64,000 nucleotides of DNA from the human T2T-CHM13v2.0 reference genome, Homo sapiens. Each line of letters begins with the position of its first letter. The stretch's first letter is position 1. Below the pieces are notes generated by a model, which ran no database searches, was not told the origin of the DNA, and was given only the letters and a program-made list of their open reading frames with translations. Positions 28,856 to 40,999 of the stretch are shown here, piece by piece. A program made the position numbers and the translations under genes. The DNA lies in the NCBI RefSeq assembly GCF_009914755.1, contig NC_060928.1, one strand, 5' to 3'.

Positions 28856-30039
28856 TGTATTAGTTTGTTCTTGCATTGCTATAAAGAACTGCCCGAGACT
28901 GGGTAATTTACAAAAATAAAAATAAAAAAGAGGTTTAATTGACTCACAGTTCTGTGTCCAGAATTGTGACAAAATTGTGACAACCTCTGGGTTTTTGGTC
29001 TTGCTGACTTCAAGAATGAAGCCATGGACTTTTGCAGTGAGTGTTACAGCTCTTAAAGATGGTGTGTTCAGAGTTTGTTCCTTCAGATGTGTCTGGAGTT
29101 TCTTCCTTCTGGTGGGTTCGTGGTCTCGCTGACTTCAAGAATGAAGCTGCGGACCTTCGCGGCAAGTGTTACAGCTATTAAAGGTAGTGCGGACCCAAAG
29201 AGTGAGCAGCAGCAAGATTTATTGTGAAGAGCGAAAAAACAAAGCTTCCACAATGTGGAAGGGGACCCAAGCTGGTTGCCACTGCTGGCTCGGTGGCCAG
29301 CTTTTATTCCCTTATTTGGTCCCACCCACATCCTGCTGATTGGTCCATTTTACAGAGCGCTGATTGGTCCATTTTACAGAGTGCTGATTGATGCATTTAC
29401 AATCCTTTAGCTAGACACAGAGTGCTGATTGGTGTGTTTACTATCCTTTAGCTGGACACAGAGTGCTGACTGGTGTGTTTTTACAGAGTGCTGACTGGTG
29501 CATTTACAATCCTTTAGCTAGACACAGAGTGCTGATTGGTGCGTTTACAATCCTTTAGCTGGACACAGAGTGCTGACTGGTGTGTTTTTACAGAGTGCTG
29601 ACTGGTGCATTTACAATCCTTTAGCTAGACACAGAGTGCTGATTGGTGCATTTACAATCCTTTAGCTAGACAGAAAAGCTCTCCAAGTCCCCTCTCGACC
29701 TAGGAAGTCCAGCTGGCTTCACCTCTCTGTTCCACAGGCTTACAGGAAGCATGGCTGGGGAGGCCTCAGGAAACTTACGATCATCATGGAAGGCAAAAGG
29801 GAAGCAGTCATGTCTTACATGGCCAGAGAAGGAGGAAGGGAGTGAAGGGGGAGGTGCTACATGCTTTCAAACCACCAGATCTCGTGAGAACTCTGTCATG
29901 AGACAGCACTAGGTGATGGTGCTAAACCATCCGAAACCACCTCCGTGATCCAATCACCTCCCACCAGACCCCACCTTCAACACTGGGGATCACAATTCAA
30001 TATGAAATTTAGGTGGGGATACAGAGCCAAACCATATCA
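28856..30039 (-). mobile_element. MSTA-like MaLR LTR split by an LTR12 insertion
   Basis: tgtattag...ccatatca termini, TSD gaact at 28851 and 30040; the halves rejoin as gactcacagttccacagg. Confidence 0.85.
28953..29728 (-). mobile_element. LTR12-family (ERV9) solo LTR
   Basis: Minus strand starts gagaggtgaagccagctggacttcc; tandem ctagctaaaggattgtaaa/ccaatcagcactctg repeats; 4-bp TSD gttc. Confidence 0.92.
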
Positions 30040-30659
30040 GAACTATTTACATGGGTTTTAGAATATTTGTAGAATGGAGTATCATTCAACAAGTAAAAGC
30101 CATGTTTACCAATTCACATGTCCTTCAGATGGTGAAGGAATAAACTAACTGGTAAATCTACACCATGGAATACTACTCAGCAATAAAGGTAACTACCTTG
30201 ATATATGCAGCAATATGGATGAAACCCAAATGTGAGAGCTGCCGCACCAAAAGGCCACCAACTGTATGATTCTATTTATATGACATCCTCGAGAAGGCAG
30301 AACTATAGTAGCGGAGAGCAGACCAGTGATTGTGGGGGTTGAGAATGATCAGGACTAGAAGGAGGCGCTGACTGCAAAGTGACACTGAGAAAAATTTTGG
30401 GAGCGATGGAGCTGCTCTGTGTCTTGATTGTGGTGGTGATTGCATGAATCCAAGTGTTCGTCAACACTCATGGCCCTGTACATGAAAAAGAGTAAATTTT
30501 ATTTTATGTAAACCAAAAAGAAATGTTTTCAAAGAACATTTAATCACATAGGAAAATGTGTAAGAGATAAAATATAAAACTTAATTGTATGATGAAAATG
30601 TCTAAAGTATGATACAAATTTAATATATTAAAATATAATATATATACGGGAAATCATTC

Positions 30660-30999
30660 TCAAAATTGTCTCCTCCACCAGTCGACTAAACTTAGGGGTT
30701 TACATAGCAGGAAGGAAATGTAACTATATGTGAGAAAACAGGAATGGGGGAGGGGTAAGGAAGAGAAGCTGCTAAACAGGAGTCATGATGGATGAAGGGT
30801 CTGGCATCTAATTGTGTGGATGTGGTGGTCTGGTGAGTTTCGGTTCCTTGATACTAACTGGTTGCCTAAGGGTCAGTTTCCTGAAGAAGGAATTCAGATA
30901 AGACAAATGTAAGTTTCAATCTTAGATGAGAGGGTCAATTTTCATGTTTATCCAAAAAACAGTAGACATCACTTCTCTGGGACAGCTGGGCTGGTTTCA
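30660..30999 (-). mobile_element. ERV1-class LTR fragment, family uncertain
   Basis: Minus strand begins tgaaaccagcccagctgtccc...gaaacttacatttgtcttatctg. Confidence 0.5.
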
Positions 31000-32499
31000 G
31001 TCGGACACTGCCACAGGGAGCAGGCAGGAGCGGGAACCAGGCCATGCTCAGAAGGGTTAAGGAAAGAGACTTTGGGAAGTGAGACTGCAGAGGAATGAAA
31101 TCCATGAAAACCTGGCATGGTAGAATGTTCATTTGGTGTAGACACTGGTGTGTATTGTAAAAGCGGTATTAGCTTCTTACAGAAGGTGTGCTCAGCTGGG
31201 CTCCTCTAACCAAGTTGCTTGGTGCTCTACCCAGACGTGCTCTCTACTCTCTCCCTCCTCAGGGTCTTTGAACATGTTGGTCTCTCTGTGTTGATTTTCC
31301 TTCCTGCCCTGTCTCCCATCTGGCAGACTCTAAGACATACCTTAAGCATCACCTCCTCCCTGGATCCTTCTGTTGACCTCTCTCCCTGCAAAAAAGCAAA
31401 GAATTCCCTAACAGGGCCCATCTTCATGGTGTCAGCATTGTTTGGGTCCTTGCCTAACTTCACCCTGGGACTGTGGCTTCTTTGCAGACTCACTCATCTT
31501 TGCAGCCCTAGCCTAGCCCTGCTTGGATGAAGTAGACCTTCCACGTGTGAATGAACTAAGTTTAATAGAGGAAAACAGAGGGTGGGGGATTCTTTAGCTT
31601 TCTTTTGTTGGAGGAGGCCAGGGAGGGTACAAGGGAAGCTTAATAACAAGGTGTGCCGTGCTTTTCTGTATTTATGGCATACTTTCATAAAACACTTGAA
31701 GTGTGTGATATTGCTAGGGTGTGTGAGGGGAGCCGTGAGGGAAGATGACAAGCAGCATAAGACTTTTGGGTACTTAGAGAAAGAGAAAAGGACCCAACCA
31801 ACCAACTTCCAATTCATAATTCATGGTTTGTCTCAGGACCGTCTGGCTCCTTAGGCCAATCCCATGGGAGCCCCAGCCAAGGGGCGTCTCTTAGACCAAG
31901 CTTGGAAAACACAGTGTCTGCTGCCTTCATGTTGCCTGGGTTACCAGGCGACTTAGCCACTCACAGCACAGTGACCTGTGACTCAATTAGAGAAATGCCA
32001 TTTTGAGTTCCATAAGAAAAATAAGGCTTTATTTTTAAAAACTAAACATAACTTCACTTTTTTCCCGAATATAAGAGTAATAATGGCTCTTTACTTGAAA
32101 AAAATCTACACAATACAGAAAAATTAGGAAGAAGGCAAATCTCATCTGTCATACTGCACGCAGAGTAGCAGACATTTTTCTATGTGTTTTTATGCACATA
32201 TTTATATTTATAGACCCAAGAGGCTATGTGGGACATTAGGAGTGCGACCCAGAGCAGAACCATACAACCGCCGGTTCTAGCCTTTGTACAAGGTAAATCA
32301 TGGGTTTCAAACATATCATTGCCTCCTGACTGATCTCTCTGCTTCTGCTTGGTTTCTCCTTCAGCCTAACTTCCACAATGCTGCCAGAGCAATGTCCTAC
32401 ACTAGGGTCCTGAGTGCATCGTCCTCTCGCTCAAAATCAGCAATGGTTTCCTACCCTTGGCAAGACAAATTTCAGATTTTAAAATCTGCTCTTCAAGAA

Positions 32500-32787
32500 G
32501 CCGGGCGCAGTGGCTCCTGCCTATAATTCCAGCACTTTGTGAGGCCAAGGTGGGCAGATCACTTGAGGTCAGGAGCCCTGGACAACATGGTGAAACCCTG
32601 TATGTACTAAAAATACAAAAATTAGCTGGGCGTGGTGGCACGTGCCTGTAATCCCAGGTACTCTGAAGGTTGAGGCAGGAGAACTGCTTGAACCAAGGAC
32701 ACAAAGGTTGCAGTGAGCCTAGATTGCTCCACTGCACTCCAGCCTGGGTGATAGAGTGAGACTCTGTCTCCAAAAAAAAAAAAAAAT
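32500..32787 (+). mobile_element. Alu (AluS-like)
   Basis: Sense Alu with A tail. Confidence 0.9.
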
Positions 32788-34149
32788 CTGTGATTCAAGA
32801 TCTTTCCATTTGCCCCTAAACTGCCTTACTAGGTCTGTGTCCCAGGAGACCCCACTGCACTCTCCATGAACCTTCTCTCAGTTCCGTATTCTCAACATAA
32901 GCCTTTGGATCTGGTACCTTTGCTCACCTCCTCCTCGAAGCCTTACTTAGTTCCAGATCCATTTGTTTTTATGTCTCTCTCTCTTGAGGACAGCAACTTT
33001 ACCTCTTTGTCTTTGTGTCTATCATAATGCTTTACCCTGACCAGCCATGACCTAGTCAGCATTTGATCAGATTGGGTGAGAACCTTGGGTTTGGGGAATC
33101 AAGACAAAGGAAATGGGGAGGCAGCCTAACATTGTGGCCAAGAGCATGGACTCTGGCACCTAACAGGTTGGCCCACATCCTACCTTCAGCACTTGCTCGC
33201 TGTGTAGCCTTGGGCAACTCACTTACCTTACCTGAGCTGCATCACCGTGTGTGTAAGTAGGGATTATAAGTACTCATAATTCAATGAGCGAATGTGCATA
33301 AAGAACCCAGAACAGTGCCAGGAGTATAGTAGGTCAGCCCTGTATAAGTGTTATTTGCTAGTGTTATTGTTACTACTACTAGAGTTGTTTGATAGCTGTC
33401 TAAACACCATCTGCAATACAGCACTCTCTGCAGATCAGAAGTTACTGTGCACTGGGCACTGTGTGAAGTATTTTCATAAATGGCCCCTTTCAATCCTCAC
33501 TCGACCCCATGGGATCAATTCTCTTATTATCCTATTTTACAGATGAGAAAACATAGACATAGAAAGCTTTTCTTACTTGGCCAAGGTCACCTCTCTTGGC
33601 CTCGGTTCCTCCATGGTCTGGGCAGCAAGGGGGCAGCAGGGAGCCCTGGCAAAAGCAGCTAAGAAAACCAGCCTCGTGTGTCTTCAACAAACAGGTCCCA
33701 GCACCAGCTCCATGCCTGGCACACTTAATGGGTACTTAATGCTCTTCTACCAAGTGAATGAACAATGCTAAGCATTTGACCAAAAGAGAAATGCACATGG
33801 AAGACCCCTGAGCACAAGGACTGGGTGGGCACATGAAGAACTGAGTTCTCTTTCCTCTCCTGTCGTAGGTACCAGGTACCTTACACTTGGCTGTATTCCC
33901 TCTAGCACGATAGACTTGGTAACAAGGGACTTTCTGAACCTGAACAGGAAACTCTGGGAACCATGTTGGGGAAGATACTGACTGTCAGAGAGTCCAAAGA
34001 TGTAAATGCCTTCCACTCCCACAGCGAGGAAGCCGGAATCTCCAGAGGCTCTGGCAAGAGTTGAGTCAATTGCATGCCTGCCTAGTCCAGCTCCGTCCAC
34101 ATGAATGCTCTCCACAAGCTTCAGAGGAAACAGGATAAAATGGACTCCC

Positions 34150-34470
34150 AAATATTTAGGGTGGTGAAAATACTCTGCATGATACTAGAATTGTGGATAC
34201 AGGTGATTATATATGTGTCCAAACCTACAGAAGGTACAACACCAAGGGTGAACCCTCAGGTAAACTACAGAGGCTGGGTGACCATGATGTTTCAATGTCG
34301 GTTCATTAGTTGTGACAAATGCACCACTCCACCACTCTGGTGGGGATGCTGCCAGTGGGGGAGGCTATGTATGTGTGGGGACAGAGCGTATGTGGGAAGC
34401 TCTGTACTTTCTGCTCAAATTTGCTGTGAACCTAAAACTGCTCTAAACATTAAAGCCTATTCAAAAAAAT
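34150..34470 (+). mobile_element. Old L1M 3' end fragment
   Basis: caccaagggtgaaccct...aaactaca and tgctgtgaacctaaaactgctctaaa L1MC/MD-type 3' motifs. Confidence 0.7.
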
Positions 34471-35713
34471 GAAAGCCTAATTTGAAAAGGAATTTCAGAC
34501 ACTTGGGAAAAAGAATAATGACGTCTATAAGTCATTCTTTGATAAGAGAGTCGGTCAGTCTGGTGTGTCTAGTAAGGTAGCAGAGGGACATTCACAAAGA
34601 CCGGAGAATACAAAGATGTTAAACAGGGTGAGGAGTCTATGATGTTGGTCAGTATAAAAGGAGAAAAAGATCCTAAAAACATTCCTAAATATTGTTTGAT
34701 TTAAAAATATATGTTGGAAGGCAAGAGAGTTTGATAAAAAAATAAAAATAAAAATAAAAAACCTTGATGGGAAGTGGGAATGACCACACGTTAGCCAGCT
34801 GATAGCTTACCTGTTTGAAGTTCAGCTTCAACACGATTGTTACAGACGGAACTGTGTTCCCTCAAATTCATAGTTCGTTATGGCCACCCTGGTAAGCTAA
34901 CACAACAATGAAAATTTCCAAAGTAAAGACTAGAAGCAGGCATGTGCCAAGTGAACACTAGCTTTTTTTATTTCTCCTGCTGTGAAAATTGAGGTTTGCC
35001 AAAGGTGCCAAATGAACATGGCTGATTGAGAAGTAATCCCAGTTCCACTAACCTGAGAGACAGCCCAGGCAAGCGGACCTAGCTCCTAATGCTCATTTCC
35101 ATTTCAGTCTTTCTGAAGTTTCCCAGGGTGAGAAAGTGGAACTCAGGACAATGAATCATCATTGGAGACTCTGCAGTTGCTAGAACTTAATTCACAGGCA
35201 TTTGAAACCCAGAACTCAGCCTTACTCTTCTCAGGAGACTTTTGGCACCAAAGAGAAGGGCAAATTGAAAGCCCATGCTGGAGAACAGGGCACAGCTATT
35301 GCTGAGACTGGGAGCTTGTTTTTAAAGACCTGGCAAGGGTTTCAAACACCCACATGCATAACCAATGAAGCAGGTTGGAAAATCTGAACTATGCTAATTT
35401 CACCATAATTACTCATTGCTTGAAGTCTTATGTATTTGTGTTTTCTTGGTAGTCTCTTTAAAACATGTTTCAATATGAAACGTATATGTATTAAATCACT
35501 CCGCTTAGAATTTTAGGAATATAGTTTTGTTTTTCCCCCTAAAAGATGTAGAATGCAGCAGGTTCTCTAAAGCACATGTATTCTTTGTTACGTGATTTGG
35601 TTCTTTGGAACTTCTTTTATCATGTAGCTATTAAAGGGTAGCTGTCAGAATTACCCAAACTCTTCACTGAAATGACTTACTTATTTGAGAAAAATGCATG
35701 TTAAGAAGCCAAA

Positions 35714-35715
<2 letters not shown>

Positions 35716-35751
<36 letters not shown>
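35716..35751. repeat. (GT)n microsatellite
   Basis: Directly visible. Confidence 0.95.
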
Positions 35752-35753
<2 letters not shown>

Positions 35754-36211
35754 TTCTCCCCTGCACAAAAGTAGAAGGGTTTTCGTTTGACTTGTGCCAG
35801 CTGCACCTTCATGACTTTGCTATAGGACATGTGACACAGTAACTCTAAGATGGTGCTTGTAAAATTTTAAAATAGTTAACATACAGTGACAAGCTCTCAG
35901 GGGAACACATTAAACTCGATTAAATTTTGTAGGGTAAAAAGATGTGTACAGAAATATAATCAGAGTGAAGTCATTGTTCACCATTGCTGCTAGTAATAAA
36001 ATTTGGTGGTAGGAGGGGGAAGGAGAAAGGGAGGGAGGGAAGTCGGTGAGAGAGAGAAAAGGAGAGGGAGACATTGACAGAGAGAGAGACAGACAGACAG
36101 AGAAACAGAGAGAGACAGAGAAAGAGAGGGAAGAAGGGAGAGAGAGAGAGATAAGGATAGAGAGAGACAGGGAGAGAGTGTATCTCCTGATCCTCACTGG
36201 CTGATAACTAA

Positions 36212-36513
<302 letters not shown>

Positions 36514-36831
36514 TAAATTAGTAGTTATTATCTACTTTCATTTGTGGGATGAAGATGAAACAGAGTCCTTTGGGATTGTGCACTGGGGGAAACCTAACAT
36601 AGTCTAGCATCGGGAGAGGAGGCTTTCCAGAGAAAGTCTTCCTTAAGTTGAACCTGAAAAAATGAGAGCTATTAGCCAGATGAGAGGTGAAGGTGTGAGG
36701 GGGTGGATTGGAAATATTTTCAGGTAGGGAGACTAATCTATACAAAGGTTTATGTTCTCAACTACTGAGTTTGTCTTCAGCATTTGCACCTTATTTAACA
36801 AATTTATTAATTTGTTAAATTATAACAAATA

Positions 36832-38204
36832 TTTGACAGCAGAGCTGAGGATATTAAAATAAAATGTAATTTTATTTCTTATATGTTGGTGAAGAAGGAG
36901 CAGCAACAGAGGCTGGAGCATTATTTACAAGCCAAACTATCCGTCTGGAGATTCCCAGTGCAGCAACTGGGACGGGGACTACTGAATCCCTCAGATTTTA
37001 GGCCATAGGCCAATGAACATTTTCTGTAAAAGGTGAAGTAATACTTTTAGCTTTGCTGGCCATGCAACCTCTGTCGCAACTACTCAACTCCGTGGTTCGT
37101 GAGGGGTCCACAGGGTTCATTATCCGTCATGAACCGCAGAGTTGAGTAGTTGTGACAGAGGTTGCATATATTTACTCAGCCAATATTTACTGATGATATT
37201 GATTAGGAGTCTTGGGAAGAGCAGTGACAGTTTTTTTGGTATTATATCTAGCGACAAAAGATTGAATTTGGCCCTGTTACTCACTCCTCCTCCAACAAAG
37301 TTGTCAAACGGGGCTGCTACAGACAAGTAGAATCACAGATTGGAGATCAGCTGTCATTATGTAACAGCTGGATTGGCAGGCTTCCCTCTAGGGGCCATCC
37401 CTGTCTACAGCTAGAGTGGACAGGCCAGGGAGGACACCATACTTGGAGTAGAGTAACCTTGTCCAGGAGTAAAACATGGCCCGAGAATTCTGTGCTCCTA
37501 GCAATCCTATTATTATAGAAGTGCTTCCTGATAAGGGAGGAAGGGTAGGAAGAGGAAAGCTGAGGCAGATGGATGGGGAAAGTACTGAAACATTCTGTTC
37601 ACATCCTCAATAACCTTCATGAAAAATCAGTCATAGATGCTGGAATCTCCAAACCTCCAAGGGGCTTACAACATTGTGTGCAGGGAAACCTCTAATTCAC
37701 AGCCTTATTGAGAGCATGTGTCAATGGCCCATAGCAGGGGCCCATTCTGGCTTTTGTACAACCCCAAAGACACACGTGGGTTTTCCATTTTTAAATGGTT
37801 GAAAAAAATCAAAAGAAGAACATTATTTCATGGCGTCTGAAAACTACATGAAGCTCAAATTTTAGTGTATAAAGTTTTACTGGAACTCAGCCATGCTCAT
37901 TAGTTTGTGCTTATCTATTCCGCTTCCGAGCTATTGCAGAGTTGAGCAGTGGCAACAGAGGTTGCATGGCCCGCAAAGCGAAAAGTATTATCGCACCTTT
38001 TACAGTAAATGTTCATTGGCTTATGGCCTAAAGTCTGAGGGATTCAGTAGTCCCTGTCCCAGTTGCTGCTCTGGGAATCTCCAGATGCATAATATGGTTG
38101 GTGCATAATGCCCCGGTCTCTGTTGCTGCTGCCTCCTTCACCAACATACAGTACAAACAAATAAAACTCCATTTTATTTTAACATGCTCAGCTCTGCTGC
38201 CAAA
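36832..38204. repeat. Inverted duplication (~260-bp arms at 36832-37092 and 37936-38204) containing MER58-like ends, with an inner hairpin at 37062-37167
   Basis: The reverse complement of the right arm aligns to the left arm, e.g. ctggagattcccag.gcagcaactgggac.gggactactgaatccctcaga. Confidence 0.9.
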
Positions 38205-38312
38205 GCTATGACAAGCCCAGAAGCAGTTTTTCAGGGTTTGAGATGGAGAAGAAGGTGGTCTCTTCTCTTGCTCATCAAGGAATCCTCTTTATTATTTAAG
38301 CCAGATTAAGTT

Positions 38313-38751
38313 TGCTATGGTTTGAATGTTTGTCCCTCCAAACTTCATGCTGAGATTTGATCCTCAATGTGGCAATGTTCAGAGGTGGGGTCTACTGGGA
38401 GGTGTTTGGGTCATGGGGGTCAACCCCTCATGAATTAATTACTGTGCTCCCTTGGGGATGGGTGTGTGAGTTCTCACTGTCTTAGTTCCCTTGAGAGCTG
38501 GCTGTTAAAAAGAGCCTGGCACCTATCTCCCTCCCTCCTTGGCTTCCCCTACTGCCATGTGATCTCTTTGCATACTTTGGCTCCCCTTCCACTTCCACCA
38601 TGAGTCGAAGCAGCCTGAGGCCCTCACCAGATACAGATGCCTAATCTTGAACTTTCCAGCCACCAGAATTTTAAGCCAAATAAACCTCTTTTCTTTATAA
38701 ACTGCTCAGGCTCAGGTATTCTGTTACAGCAACACTAAATAGACAAAGACA
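38313..38751 (+). mobile_element. MST-family MaLR solo LTR
   Basis: tgctatggtttgaatg start; aataaacctcttttctttataa and aaagaca near the end. Confidence 0.85.
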
Positions 38752-39359
38752 AAGTTGTTGACTGACTTTGAATTTCTTTAGAAGCAGACCTGTGACAGAG
38801 GATAAGTCCAGGGAGTTCATTTGGGAGGTAATAAACTACCTGAAGGTACAGGAAACACTGATGAAGAAGTGGGAATTGAGTTAGGGATGGCAGGAAGCCA
38901 ATACAGTGTTATCAGGCTGTTATCACTGAAGGAAACTGGGGTTGAAGCCTGCTGGGGAACTAAGGCATACAGTGCAGAATGCACCTCGAACTGATTGTAT
39001 CTGAGACAGAAGGAGGTTGAGATATTTATCTACTTGTCAGTCATGGGTTCAGGACTGCTCCCAAGAGGACATTGGGCCTGCCCTGAGATGGCAACTGGCA
39101 CCAGCTGCAGCCGAGATGGGATGGAAAGAAAACAAATTAATATGAAGTTTCAGATGAGCCACTTATTTACAAGGAGGACAGTTTTGAAATTAATTTTTCC
39201 TTATACTTTAAGGTACAGTGAAAGGATGCATAAACAGACCTTTTTGAAGTATGTGAAAATCATGAACCCACTTTCAGTTTGTTGCACCAACTTCCACAAA
39301 TTACAATGTCAGAGGAAACATCAAAATTCCCTTGCATAATTTTACATTTAAAATAAAAT

Positions 39360-40845
39360 TCAGACACCAAGATGGTAACCCCCATGGATCTTCACAGAGC
39401 TTCAAGACAAAGTTTTTGACACTCAACAGAAGGTGAAGCTTACAGACATACCGACCAAACAGCTAAACAGAACAAAAAAGCATGCACATCTTACAGATGC
39501 AGAGATCATGACTTCGGTGGATGAGACTAATCTGTATGAAGCTGTAGGATATATGTATGAAGATGAAGAATGTTTATTCTTCAATCCAAGGAGGCAGTTC
39601 ACAATAAACTGTTAGAAAGTCAGAAAATAGCAGAAGAAAAAAAAATTAAAGAACTAAAACAGAAAAAAATCCTACCTAGAGCAGAATGTTAAGGAAGCTG
39701 AGGGCAACATCTGGGAGATGCTGATGGCACAAAGGGCCCAGCTGGGAGCCTCTGCGGGAAGCTCTTCCTCCTGCCCCTCCTATTTCTGGCAAGGGCAGAG
39801 TGGTCTGTGCAGGGAAACAGTCTGTCTTCTGCCCTAATGGATGTTTTATCTGGATGGCCTAGCAATCTCACATGTTGAGCCCCTCTTGTATCCCAACTCT
39901 GAGATTTTTACCCTGGCTTTGCCTCCCCTGCTCAGGACACTCTTTTCTGTTGGTGTGAGTCATGAGCTCCCAGGAAAGGGAAGATGGGAGCCAGGACTGA
40001 TAGGAGGCTCTGTCTGAGCCTTCCATTAGGGACGCTGGTCAGACCAGTAAACAGCATCTGTCCCACTCTGCTACATCTGCCTTTCTTGAGCCAAGGGATG
40101 GGAATGGAGGGTGAGAGAGGCAGTGGCTATCTCCATCACAGCTCCTGCTCCCTCTGCATTAGAGTCTTTCTTTCCTTGGGGGATGGGATCTTGTCCTCTT
40201 ATCTTTTCCTTTTCTGGACATTTGACTAATCCCTTCACCTTCTGGGCCTCTGTGTAGTATACAGATGAGGAAGAAAGAAGACTTACACCCAAAGCTGAAT
40301 TTAAGTGAAAAGAATAGTGGTTCCTTTATGGCAGTCTGCCTACAGATTCCTTTCCCTGCTTTCTCCCATACCTTCTGTATTAGTCCATTGGCACACTGCT
40401 ATAAAGAGCAGCTCGAGACTGGGTAATTTTTAAAGGAAAGAGGTTTAATTGACTCAGGGTCCCACGTGGTTGGGGAGGCCTCAGGAAACTTACAAATCAC
40501 GGTGGAAGGCAAAGGGGAAGCAAGGCACCTTCTTCACAAGGTGGCAGGAAAGGGAATGACACAGGAGGAACTACCAAACACTTATAAAACCATCAGATCT
40601 TGTGAGAACTCACTCACCATCAGGAGAACAGCATGGGGGAAACCGCCCCCATAATCCAATCACCTCCACCTGGTGTCTCTTCCTTGACACATGGGATTAT
40701 GGGGATTACAATTTAAGATGAGATTTTGGGTGGAGACACAGACAAACCATATCACATTCCAAAAGAAAGTTCAACAATAAGCAGCACTTCCAAGACTTTC
40801 TCCCTTTGGCCAATATCATAAGATGGACACTGTAATCGTGAGGCT
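39360..40845 (+). pseudogene. PFDN1: PFDN1 (prefoldin subunit 1) processed pseudogene, 3' UTR interrupted by an LTR
   Basis: ATG at 39372; fragments FTELQ.KV.DTQQKVKL.DI...QLNRTKKHAHLTD.EIMT.VDETN.YE.VG and VKEAE.NI.EMLMA.RAQ; deletions and frameshifts; intronless. Confidence 0.93.
40376..40754 (-). mobile_element. THE1D/MSTA-like MaLR solo LTR
   Basis: tgtattagtcc...ccatatca termini; 5-bp TSD ccttc/cattc. Confidence 0.88.
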
Positions 40846-40999
40846 TAGGGGCAGAGGAGTGCTGGAGCTGGCCTATACCCACTCAGGAGGGCTGATTGTT
40901 CAATTTTCATGAATTTTGTTGCAAGCCACTTGTTAAAAACAGCCATTACAAAAATTATCTAAATTTGAAAATCGTGTTAGAAACAAGGATAATGAATGT

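Noticed and set aside
29330-29670. Regular ~25-41-bp tandem array
   Set aside because: These are the normal internal repeats of LTR12, not an independent system
36010-36180. Purine-rich (GA)n tract as a triplex-forming element
   Set aside because: Imperfect, common low-complexity tract with no supporting context
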